From assembly GCA_964187785.1 (NCBI GenBank), contig OZ076409.1:61754001-61818000 (forward strand): 64,000 nucleotides of DNA, read 5' to 3'. Shown piece by piece: positions 12,860-24,301 of the stretch. Position numbers and translations under genes: made by a program. The notes under the pieces were generated by a model that did not search any database, was not told where the DNA came from, and was given only the letters and a program-made list of their open reading frames with translations. Numbering within the stretch: position 1 is the first letter of the stretch; every line of letters begins with the position of its first letter. The stretch is from Amphiscolops sp. MND2022. Taxonomy: Eukaryota.

Positions 12860-13125
12860 AGGAAGAGAGAACGACGTTGGAAATTATCGCCCAATCAATA
12901 TACTATTTCCTCTACCTCCTATTCAGGAGGAAACACGGTTCATGTTTTGGTACCGGAAAGTAAACATCTATTTCAACAATTGTCAATACAGTTTCAGAAA
13001 ACGGCGCCTGACAATTATCCAGTTGTCCACGTATTTAGAGACATCATGCAGAGCCCTTACCAGCATGTCCCGTAGGGTTCTGTCTGTGTCGATTTCACCA
13101 AAGCATTCGACCTCGTAGCTGTTGC
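12860..13125 (+). pseudogene. Degraded LINE RT fragment
   Basis: NYRPINIL...QYSFRKRR, with DFTKAFDLV in a shifted frame. Confidence 0.6.
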
Positions 13126-13179
13126 TTCTCGTCTGCAAAACTTTTAAAGTTTGGTTCAGACTTTCACTTTTTGAAACTC

Positions 13180-13983
13180 CGTTCCCGCTAGGTCTTTGCT
13201 TCTGTTCGACATCTCTTAGCAAGATGGGAACATAAGCTGACCCGCGGGACACTAGAGGAAATGGGACATATCCAAGGCACAATTTAAAGTAGCAAAGGTA
13301 TTAATGAAAAGGTATCTTTGTTCTAGCTTTTTAGAAGACGATTCGGTGACAGTGTTGTTGCTGAAACGGCTTTCGCTGGAAAGTCTTGTTTCCCATTAAG
13401 ATGATGTTGATCTTCGTGCTAACGACAGATCATTTTACAGAGAGACGTGATGAAAATTTCACTGCTCTTGCGCACAGAACCCTGTACTTCCATTACCACC
13501 GGTTGAAAAGTGTATTCATTTTCTATTAATTCGCCATATTTCTCAATTCGCTTCAGCCTTGGTGGTTCCCGGGTTGCATGACGAGCCTTGATTCAAGCGA
13601 CTGGGTGCAAGAGCAACCCCAACTATGACATCCCACACCAGCTGTTTACCCATTATCCTTAAGAATTATGGTAACACCGTTTGAGCGTTTGCCATCAGTT
13701 CGGCACAGACCTCCGCTCCCTTCGTCAAGTAGCAACATTGAGTCATGGCATTATGCCCCGTCACTTCGCTCCTGCATTTAGGACTTTAGGGGTATGTGAA
13801 CCTGAATGACTGGGTATTAACAAAAATTTTGACAAAATCTGCCACGCGTTTTCAACCTTGTGAATTTCAACCAATAGTATTAAGCTACTGGACCAAGTAC
13901 CAGCGACGCTTGTCTTAAAAAATTTACGCCGAGTGGCTGAATGTAATCAGCCAATTGACTTTAAAGTAAGTGACCATTTACCC
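13180..13983. repeat. Decayed mosaic of a CRE-like RLE fragment (~13415-13710) and MITE modules (~13180-13280, ~13715-13983)
   Basis: Diverged copies of sequence at 6470-6780, 7050-7170, 6010-6100 and 7740-7942. Confidence 0.65.
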
Positions 13984-16294
13984 TGGTATTAACGAAATCG
14001 AGTACAAAAAGTGAAGGACTAAAATAGCGTTTCGTCTGCAAAACGTTTCGTCTGCAAAACCTACCAGACCGTCTTACGTTTCAAGTCTATCTCTTTGCTA
14101 ATGCCTACAAAATGCTGGGTACTGATCCGAAATATTTTTTGCAGATATTCACCGAACGGAACAATACCAACCAGCTGGTTGTGAACCTCCTAACGTATCA
14201 ATACTTTGTTCAGTATTTCTGCCGAAAAGCGCGATTTTCTATGGAATATTAACTAATCAAAGAATTTGGTCCAAATTTTTCCAAAAACTTAACCTGGGAC
14301 AAACACTTGAAAAATAAATTGGATGCGTATTACCGAAATTTTTGACTAATAATACGAACAGTTCCCTTGTCAGTCATTAACAATGTTAAGAAATTCTTAA
14401 TCAATTCCTGCATTCTTGATTTTTTTGGCATTGTTTTCTGTTGGTCACCGTCTATCACTTTTCTAAAGAAAATGATGGGAATGCCTCGCATGTGTCCTAC
14501 CTGGGTCAGAGGCCTTCAGCTCCAGCGTTGGAACATTCTTCCAATATTCTTCAAAATTATCAAAATTATGTAATTCAAAATTAAAACAGACAATATTCTG
14601 GAAACAATGTTTTAGAAACTATATAATGGTCTTATTGATCTACAATTTGATAATTAATTCACTGTTTCAGCTGAAAGACGGCGAATCGATGGAACGCCCA
14701 CCTTGAAGTGCACGAAATTTAAATGAAATAGAACCTTCACCAAAAAGGCAGAAAGATTGTTTTTCTCACCAATCGAAAGCAAAACGCACTGAGTCTGAAA
14801 GTTTAAAATGAACATTATTTTTTTGTTTACTTCAAACAATTTGTGTTGAAAATACATGCTTCTGGTGTATTCATGGCTTAATTATTGTTGTTGAATTCTG
14901 GTACCTATATCGTTAAAATCATGCTCCTGACATTTTAAAGGAGAACTTTCCATTTTTGTATACAACTTCAAGTCATAAAACTCTAACTTTTTTGTTTATT
15001 TTGTTTTCAACCTAATTGTTGTTTTGTTCGCTTTCACTGATTAAGTATACCATCAAACATCAAGTGTTCCAAATTACGCAATGGATCACCAACCGGAAAT
15101 TCAGTTTTAGCAACAACAGAAGCTAACCACAAAAGTAAGGACTTGTCAACGATGAGGAAACAAGATTCACGACTTGGTGACATGAGTGGTTCCTTTCGAT
15201 CGAAATTCACGCATCCGAAGAAACAAAAACCAACACGAGCTCTCGACAATTTTTTGAGCTGACGTTGTTACTATCTGAATTTTTGTGGAATGCAGGCGGA
15301 CATCACGAACTCTTGACGGTCATCTTTCTGACTTTTTGTACAAATATTGAGCAAAATCAAAATTACATCTACTGGTTTAATGGGATGAGGGGCAGTCGCA
15401 GAAGCCTTATTCTTTTGTCTCCGCGTAATGCTGAAACTTCAAATCTTGACGAAAATTCAGACAACTGTCATTTGTTTTTTTGGATCTAGATTTCTTCAGA
15501 GAACCAAAAGATTTGAATTTTCCTTGATGAGCATCGGCAATGTTTTATAACCTCTCGTTAAGTTCCGCAATGAAGGTTTTGGGCAACTTGGACGTGAACA
15601 AGCAGGATGCGTCCATTCATTTTGCTTTCGATCGAAAGGACTTTTTGGGTCAATTGTCACGCTGGACATGCATGGAGACAGGTCTAAAGATTTTCGAGAA
15701 TAAAGTCGATACGAAGCTAGTCACAGTAACAACTAGGCTAAAAATGTTTGAAGGACTCAGTGCTGATGCAGATAGAACTCCAAGATGAACATTTTTAAGA
15801 AACGGAGTCAGTATTGTAGTCGAAAAGACGCCAAACATTGCAATGTCCGTTTCATCGTTTTGTCATTTCTCTCGGAAGCGCTTAGTGATTGAAACAGTAA
15901 ATGCTTCGTAAAAATATTGTTTCTCAAAAATATTGTTTCTCAAAATATTGTTTCTCAAAGTTTTTCAAATATATCGTTCATTCTGTTAGGTTTCTCTGTA
16001 TTTTTTGATAGTTTTGATTTCACTTTGAAGCCTAGAAGCGAAGCAAAAAGAAGAGCCGTTTTTCGTACTGGTTCCGATAAAAGTCTGAAAGCCATCCATA
16101 GTTGTGGATTAAAGAACATTTACTTGTGTGTTCGACCTTGACTATAACAGTCTTATCTTTCCAAACATTTTTTAGGTCCTTCTACGCAGTTTTGTAGTCA
16201 TCGCTCAAATTGCTATCATCGAGGTAGCGAATGCTACTTTCCGAATCTAGTAGCCGAAAATGTTACTTTTTGTAGCCGAAGCTAAAGATGTTAC

Positions 16295-18069
16295 TGTCGT
16301 AAGCATTTAAATTAATACCACCATCATTCTGATGGTCATGATTATGCTTGCTAGCTGAACTGTCTTTGGGGTTAATATTTTGCAGTCCTTCGGAATTTAT
16401 TTCCGGTCTCTCGGACGGAATGTCCCATCTGTTTTGTGTCATGTGTCCTGACCCGGCACTAAGGGCGGATTGGATTTGTGGGAGTACTTGGTTGCTTATT
16501 GCATCACTAATTGCCCTTTGGATCTGAGAATTGACACTACACATCATATCATCTAACTCTCTTGATAATCTAGAGTTCAATTCACTTGACAACTTGTTAA
16601 TCTCAGCACTAGAGTTGCCACCAATTGAGTTTCGACCATAATCGGCATTATTACCAGGATCAATGTCCCTTGTGACTGAGTGCCTGTTTTCACCATTATT
16701 TCCTAGTTCATCTGCAGAGGTACTACCAGGCCTTCTACCGAAATTGCTACTAACACTTCCGTCTCTTTCATTTCTATTAAAGTGGTTTTCCCCCAGCATT
16801 ATGTCAAGGTTCTCCAAGTCAGAAAGCATCTCAATTCCTCTAGACTTTCTAGCTTTCTTTTGTTTCCTTGTAGTAGGCATCAAGATTTCAAGGTTGAATA
16901 TTTTATTTGGTAATCTAGTTTTGCAATCTATAAATGCGAAACAAATCAACTGATCTGAACAATCGGTATGGAATTAATAATCACCTCAAGGAAACATTGC
17001 TATATATACCCTTACAAGTGTGATCAAATTCCATTTGTAAACGACAAATTCCTTAATGGTCATGAGGACCGACATACAGCTAGTTAGCACCTCAAAGACT
17101 TTCAGGAATTCGTCCTAGTAAGGTCAAATGTTATTCCAAACATCACGTGGTTATAGGTGTGACAGGCGGCGTGCCCAACTTACATTGACCGTGAGTTAAC
17201 ATCAAACAAATAACTAACGTACTTAACATCAATACAAATAATAAAAATGTTAACAATGCACTGTTCATTGCATTCCTTATTACAAGGTGTTGAGACAGCA
17301 CGTGCTACCACGTGGCTTGCCATGTGCCGTCTAATTCCCGTATCAAATTGAATAAATCATGATCAACAAACGCAGCAGTGACATTGGTGCAAGTTATTTT
17401 CACGAGGCCGAAACTGGCCATGTCCGGGGTTTCAGTCTTGCACTGGGAAAAGGTGGGGGGGGGCTTCATTCCAACTGCAATTATTATTATGCTCATTTCT
17501 CACATTTAAGCAGAGGGGGAGTATAATTATAGCATCAACAAGTGGACTAAAGTGAATTTGAAATAATAGGTCCGGTTATTACTATCAAAGCAACGTCAAT
17601 TAACTATTTGTACAAAATGGCCGGAACCGGCCGTTTGACCAAGTAATACAGCACAGCAAGCGTTATTTAGGAAATAGGCCTAATTAGGCCATGATAGCAA
17701 CAAAGCTAATATAGCACAACAAATACAGCGCTCTGATTGGATAAGACAATGCGCTCAAGTGACGCTTTTGGATCAGCGCTTAGCATCACTTGAACACGTT
17801 TCCTATACTGCCTTACAGTTGCTTTATATTACATTGCTCTGCTGTAATTGCATTCAACACATTTGCAACATAAAACATCCCAATTTGGACAATTCCAAAT
17901 TGTATTTAACAGACTAATATTCAGTTTGGATAAATAAACTAAAATAGTTAAAGCGAGTCTTGGCAATTGCAGTTTTGAGTTTAATAAATGGGTAATGTAC
18001 CTGGGGTAATTTCTTGTCCGTATCCCGAGGTCGTATAGTTGTTGCCATCACAGGCGGCAGCCTGCGACA
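16295..18069 (-). repeat. E1 3' LTR (1775 bp)
   Basis: Direct repeat of 30633-32406. Contains the last ~29 codons of ORF3 and a copy of the gag 5' region (ATG 16880). Confidence 0.97.
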
Positions 18070-18841
18070 CTGCGGGTGCAATGAAAAGTAAGCTGCCGGC
18101 GTTAAGACCGTTCACGTACGCTTCCCGCCTCAATTTGGTGATGTACTCAGGCTCTCCTCTGGGGGTCGATCTGTCCATATACCACTTGATTTTTTCCTCT
18201 TTGATTTCATCTACTGCTCTCCCGCAGACCATGCAACTAGTACACCGTTGTCTGCTTATATCGTCGTAGGGCCTCGAGTTCTGAATATGATATGAGGCAC
18301 GGAAGCCCCCACTAGTTGATTGGACCAAAGGGGTGTCTTTGCTTGGGCCCTTTTCGTGATCCGGGGGAGATAGGGGCGACTCCAAAACTGGCAAAATCGT
18401 ACTACAAATCTTGATTTTTGATTTCCCGGCCTTCTTCGGGGGGGCGTAGCACCTATCTATGTCGAAATACCTGTGATCCAGTTTAGGTGTCATCTCAGTA
18501 TCCGTCTTTGACGTGCTTGGTCCAGCCACCATATCATTTTCCGTTGTGTCCACCGTCATAATTCGTCCTGCGATCAGCATTGGGCTCGACGTAACCTCTT
18601 TCTCTATGCGGGCGATTAATTGTTCCGTGTCGGTAGAACAGTCCGATTCCCAGTATGAGGACTCTTCTTCATCGCTAGAGATGTAGATTACTGAATCAGT
18701 AGATTCATCTGAGTCGCAACCTTCAAGATCAAATAATTTCCTTGAGAGGTTAAATTTGCTCATTATGTATTTCTTTGCAATTTTGAGTCTAGGCAAGTCA
18801 ACTGTTTGTCGATGAAATATGAGATTGAATGAATTTATCAA
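17981..18841 (-). CDS. E1 ORF3 (env position, sense): non-env protein of unknown function with CxxC and SIM-like motifs
   Basis: Collinear with E2 51363-52370 (KIAKK, ISSDEEES, PV.ESP.SPP.HE.G, C.VCG, SQ.AACDGN.Y). No signal peptide or TM helix apparent. True start uncertain. Confidence 0.8.
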   Translation of the reverse strand: MINSFNLIFHRQTVDLPRLKIAKKYIMSKFNLSRKLFDLEGCDSDESTDSVIYISSDEEESSYWESDCSTDTEQLIARIEKEVTSSPMLIAGRIMTVDTTENDMVAGPSTSKTDTEMTPKLDHRYFDIDRCYAPPKKAGKSKIKICSTILPVLESPLSPPDHEKGPSKDTPLVQSTSGGFRASYHIQNSRPYDDISRQRCTSCMVCGRAVDEIKEEKIKWYMDRSTPRGEPEYITKLRREAYVNGLNAGSLLFIAPAVSQAAACDGNNYTTSGYGQEITPGTLPIY

Positions 18842-19826
18842 ACTTAGGGTATTAGCCGAGTTCGGTCTTTTCCCGGCAATTCGTTGTGGCGGTAGAATTC
18901 CTCAGTCGAATCTCCCAATCCGACATAAACATTCTTGAATGGAATTCCATAATTAGTTGGCTGCCTTTGATAATCCAATGTTTACCCCCCATCTACTACA
19001 CCGCTTGGAGAGCTGTGAATAACACTCGAGTCATCAAAACCAACTTCACTATTTTCAAGTGGGTAATTAACAGGTCGCTTGAAGGTAATTAACTGCGCTC
19101 GTCGTAGCTCTTTCTCAACATGGCGTTAGCCAATCAGAATTACCCATTGATAAAATGAAAAATTAATAAATAAAATGGCGAAAAATAATAATTTTGACTA
19201 TTCTAAAATGGCGATTTCTAACTAAGGGTAATAATGGCAACGGAACAGAACGGTAAAGGTAAGTAGGGTAAAAGGCCGTAATCGGCCACTCAACTAACGA
19301 AGTTATAAATAACGAGGAATTTTCTGTACATTTCGCTGGCAGACTCCGTGTACAGTTTTAAATATGTAGATAATCGAATAATATTAGTCTGGTAAATCTT
19401 CAGCCACGAACTCCAACTCTCCGATCCTATCTGATTGTTACATTTTCAATTCCATCTAACTTCCATTTGTCTCCATTCAAATTCAACACATTTGCATATT
19501 CGTTACACTTTGCTATTACGACGTCCTTTCCTCTCATCACGAGTGGCATCTCCCTCTCAGAGAATCTCGGGTTCCTTCCTTCCCCAGCCGAGATTGGCTC
19601 AATCACACAGTCCCTTCGTTGTTCCTCATTCTTCTACCTTGGACTAACGATACTGGAGAAGCATGTCTTCGAGTACAGGTTGGTCTGGTTTTCACATGTT
19701 GAACTAGCTTAGCTTGATCAGGGCTAAATTTCGTTCGTACAGCGCTTCCTGTTTCCACTAATAGGCACGTGATAACACGTTTTGTTCAAGTCTAAGATAC
19801 TTCCGGAAGATTTCTAACGCGGCAAT

Positions 19827-22800
19827 ATGGATTCTTTTCGAGGAAGCATACCGCCAAATTTTATCTCTTTTCGTTTAGAGAACCAAACAACTGAAGTTGT
19901 GAATACACCAGCTAACCCCTCTGACAGCGTTTCGACAAGCAACCCCTTGTCTGAACAGACTGAGCAAGTCCAGCATCCAGCTACGTCTCAAGAATCACTC
20001 GGCCAACGAATTGACGAAGCCACTTCCTCCCATGACGCCGATAGTGACCCAGATGTTACTACATATGCAGACAATATGGTGCGTCAGTTGGAGGGAGCGC
20101 AAACATCAAGCCTTCCGCAAGAGGGGACAGAGCAAAGAGGCCAATTCTCAGAAGTCAAACTTGATACCCCAAAGGATCCTGTCATTACGCCCATCACTGA
20201 GCCTAGAAGAGCGAGCACCCCTCTTTCTGATAATGTGGGGGAGACCCCAAGTGCTGACCTTTCTGCTCTAGAGTCAGCCTTTCGAGTAGTCGGGACACCC
20301 GGATCCCAATTAGTTGAACTTGTGGATATTGATCTTTCAGCCAACACCACTGGAGATAGCCCAACCCTGCAGCAGGACACGGAAGCAGCTTCCTCGATAG
20401 GAGACGCTCCACCCCTCCCTGGTGGGGAAATAAGAGTTCGATACCTCACAGAGCCCAGCGGAGATGAGGGGGCAACCGACCAGTCCAGCGTGATAGCTCC
20501 AGTAGCTCTATATGGAAGTCATCCTTTCTCTCACGCCTCTGGAACAGATGGAGGGGACGAAACTGGACCTGACCCTCACGTTCCAGGTACCAGTGGGCCG
20601 TCGTCCGGGCAAGGCGCAGCTCAGAAAGAACCACCACATCTCTCAGGAAGGAGTCGGGCAATTCTCAAGGAGTATTTTGATGAGTCGCCACCCTTGAGGT
20701 TCCCCGTAGGCCAATCCACCGTCACCTTCACAGAGCCGCAAGTATATCACTTGTTGAGAGTCCTTACCGATGAGACTCTAGGACGGTCCTTCTCAACCAT
20801 GGAAAAAATGGTTATTGATGCGGTTCGAGGCAGGCCAGCCATTGCTCCATCCAGGACTGCACATTTCTACTCGGGTAGACGAGCTCAGACCCCTGGACCT
20901 GCAGCCATGGGAGATTCCAGCGGAAGTGACACCGAAAGGGAAGCTACTCTGGGGGACAGAGATGTTGGATCAACTGAAACCGAAATGACAGGAGAGTCCT
21001 TCTATTATGGGGAGACTGACAGTGCAACGGAAATGGATCTCATAACCAAGTCTTTCAAGAAGGTCACACAAGGTCAAGGCGCTCCTGAACCGCAAACTCC
21101 CAGTCAAGACATATCACAGGATGTTGAGATTGATGCCCCAGAGTCCAGTAGCCAAGATGATACTTTGCTTGAGGTTAGGAACCAAGCTCTAGCCGCACCC
21201 AGCGCTGGATCCTCCGGGACTAAAAAGAAGAAAGGAAGCAAGGCCCTTTCCAGACGTGGGGTCCCTATGCGGGAAGAATTCTTTAGCAAAATTGGATGGA
21301 CGAGATCCTTCATTTCTGGCCCAGCAGATCCTCTTCATAATCCACTCATGGTCTGGTGCCACATTTGTAAAAAGAATTTTTCCATAAAGTCAAAGGGGCC
21401 ATACGAAATCCTCAGGCACCATCGGACTGCACGTCATCTGCGTCGAGACCAGCGTTGGCGATACGAGCACCTCCGCAGCGTCGATCCAGTCACAGGGAAG
21501 ACGCAACACCGAGTCCGAGGTGGGAACGGAAAACTCCTGACCAAGGTGGAGTTAGCTAGAGAGCTGCCCAAATTCAGGAATGTTGAATTAGTGGACATTG
21601 GTGAGCGCTTTCCCTTTTATGACGACTTCGTCAAAGGCTCCACCACTACCATGACCACCCCTGAAGCTCGCCTCAAAACTCAGCTCTGCCTGGTTGGAGA
21701 TTACATCAGGACCCAAGGCGATATGATGGTCTTGCGTAACCTGTGGTCCCGAATTGGATCGTTCACCAACCATCAAAGCAGTTTCAACGATTTTGATTGG
21801 GGTGAAGAAAGATTGTCGGTAAGTACTTTTCGCCTCACTCATTGACAGTCTCTCCTAAGTCTTCCTCTTTCCTATTTAGTCCAAAGGGTGTTTTCTGTCT
21901 TTAGGCGATTTTCCAACATTTCTTCATCTGTTGTCTTGATGAAATCGCGGAGCAAGTCAACTCCCAACAGTGCTTCTCCCTCGAATTTGAAACAGTAGGA
22001 GTTTTCAAACACATGTCCATCAAGTTCTGGAAGGGGTCTGAACTCTGCAGGGTGTTCGTGTGTCGTAGCTCCCGATTCACTACAGATGTTACCGGCGAAC
22101 TGGGATCTCTTTCTCGCCTCCTCTCCGCTGTGTCCACAAAGCCCGGAATAGTCGCCTGTTCGGGATGTCATCCAGATCTACCCAGAACCATTGATGAGTC
22201 TGGATATTACAACCAAGGGGTTCAGAGCTGTCCTCGATTTGAACATTTCTCCCTAGCTGGCCTCATGCATAAAACCAGCTACAGCGTCTTTGGGAAAATA
22301 GATTTTTTCTCTGTCCTGCAAGCTCTGATGGTCTCTCTGGGCGGTTCTCTCATGGAAGACTGGGTCATCAGAAGTCCTGAGCTCACCAAGGTGAGTAGTT
22401 TTCTTATAGAATCTTCATCTAGGGAACAGGAACTGGGTCAGGACGTTTAGATATTCCTATCATGCTAACGCAGGTTTAATTGGTATTTCAGGCCATAACC
22501 AGTTGCAAGCTAGAAGTACCAACCCTGCCCATTCTTTGCCGAGAGCTCATTGCCGAGTGGAAGTCTGTGGTGCGCTACCTCACTAATCACGCACCCTTGC
22601 AAGAAGGATCTGGCTCCAGAGGAAGGGTTAGATTTCCTTATCTGCACTTAAGCCCCTAAGGGTTTGGGTTGTCCTTATCCGTCAAACAAATTAAAAGTCC
22701 GTTTTCCAATCGTCAATTGGCCATATGTTTGTTCCAGGCACAAAGTTTCGAGTGGTCACTGATATGTGACGAATTCTTCACCGTTAAGCTGGAGTTCTTC

Positions 22801-24051
22801 AGCAAGATCGTCAATGACTGTGAGTGTAGTCCTGTACAATTTTCGTGAGAGAAAACTGTCTTGAGTTGGACATCAGTTTTGTTTTTAGTCGTTTCCAGCT
22901 TCACAGTGAATCTGCAATACCGCCGGGATGCTTCCTTCTATCTATGCGGAGAAGTTAGCCGCTTCCTCAGCCTGCTTTGCTCCCGAATCTATACTCCGGA
23001 CACTGCCCCAATTGCCAACGCTTGGTTTCTCCTCCTCCGGTTCCAGACCAGTGAGGGTACTTTCCTCCCCGGAGACGAATACCTGATTCGTCTCAAGATG
23101 AGCAATCGAGTGGCAACGGCAAGTAGAGTCAAGGCTGATGGAATCCATTTCGGCCAGAAAACTGAACGTCCTGCCATCCTGGCCACTGCCGATAAGGTAA
23201 AAGCTGATTTCGTCAGGGACAGCCAGCAGTACATCCAGTTTTTGATTAATGGAGTACTTGAGAAGACAGCTTTCAGTACCAACCTCGTAAAAGGATTGGC
23301 GGCCTTTGATCCTTATATAATGCTGAAGCGACCCACGGATGTAGCTTTGCGGCACTTCGAGGTACTCTACAACACCTTTGCACTTCGATCTTGGGTTGAA
23401 GAATCAAATGAGTCTCAGTGTCGGGACCAGTATATTCAGTTGCTGGACCATCTCCAGACTGCCTTCGGTTCCAGCTTTGATATTACTAGCGTGGAACCCG
23501 ATTTGATTCAATTCCTGATGGGGCTTGATTTCCTTCATGAGCGTCCACACTTGTTATATCTCTTCAAGTTGAGTTGTTTGTGTTCAACCACCGTCAGCCC
23601 AAGTTACCCAGATGTCACCTTTGGAGAGGTCACCACTGCAGGAGGGCAAAGCAGATTTACGGACCTGGTCTTGCCTTGCCAGAGTTACATGGCTAATGTT
23701 GCCGGATCGGTTTTACGGAGCAGTGAAGACTCCCACTTGGCCAAGTTCTCTGCTCTAGCTGAGTCCTTTGGACGTGCTGCCTTTTCCTCAGAGTACGATC
23801 CTTGGGTTTATACTGACACTTTCGGTCGGTCAAGAATCTATAAGTCTCTCCTGTCCACTCACCGCAAAGCCGACTCAGCTCCGAAGAGGGTTTCAACGCA
23901 GGTCAATTTGGCAGAGAGTAGTACCGTTGAAGAGCAGTCTGCAGTAAGGATCCCCAGTAGCAAGAAGCGGAAGAAGGGAAGGAGTGTTTCCCGATCATCA
24001 TCATCCTCTGTCGTTGGTAGTCCTAGTAATGATTCTTCTACTAAATCCTGA
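19827..24051 (+). CDS. E1 antisense spliced gene, 5 exons: 19827-21818, 21905-22390, 22492-22626, 22738-22819, 22889-24051 (1285 aa); zinc finger plus degenerate hAT-transposase-like region
   Basis: All introns are GT-AG (donors GTAAGT, GTGAGT, GTTAGA, GTGAGT; phases 0,0,0,1). The spliced length of 3858 nt is open. Exons 2-4 (486/135/82 nt) are identical in length to E2. Zinc finger W..CHIC..H..H. Confidence 0.88.
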
Positions 24052-24301
24052 TTCTGTACATATGTATTTATGTACATCAAACTGTAAACTCTGTTGATTT
24101 CTTTATTTCTCATTTTGTTGTCACATTTGTATTCTGCTATCATTTCTTTGTTTCATGATCCCATATTTATTCACTTGTGCGGGATCATTGCTTTAGTGCC
24201 CTGTTGTTTATTCTGAAAATTCAGCTTCCGGGGCCAGAAAAAGAAATAAAAGGAAAAAGAAAATGAGCTAAGCGTTCTTTTGGACGCAATTTACTCTTTT
24301 C

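Noticed and set aside
14300..16250. Short ORFs left of E1
   Set aside because: No recognisable motifs or consistent splice pattern.
16263..16949. 228-aa ORF (and 53256-53939) as independent host genes
   Set aside because: They are LTR copies of the gag 5' end.
17981..18841. ORF3 as an envelope gene
   Set aside because: No signal peptide, furin site or transmembrane anchor; composition is acidic and Ser/Pro-rich.
18842..24301. Antisense gene as a recently nested autonomous hAT transposon
   Set aside because: No TIRs or 8-bp TSD seen, catalytic motifs are absent, and it occupies the same position and orientation in two divergent elements.
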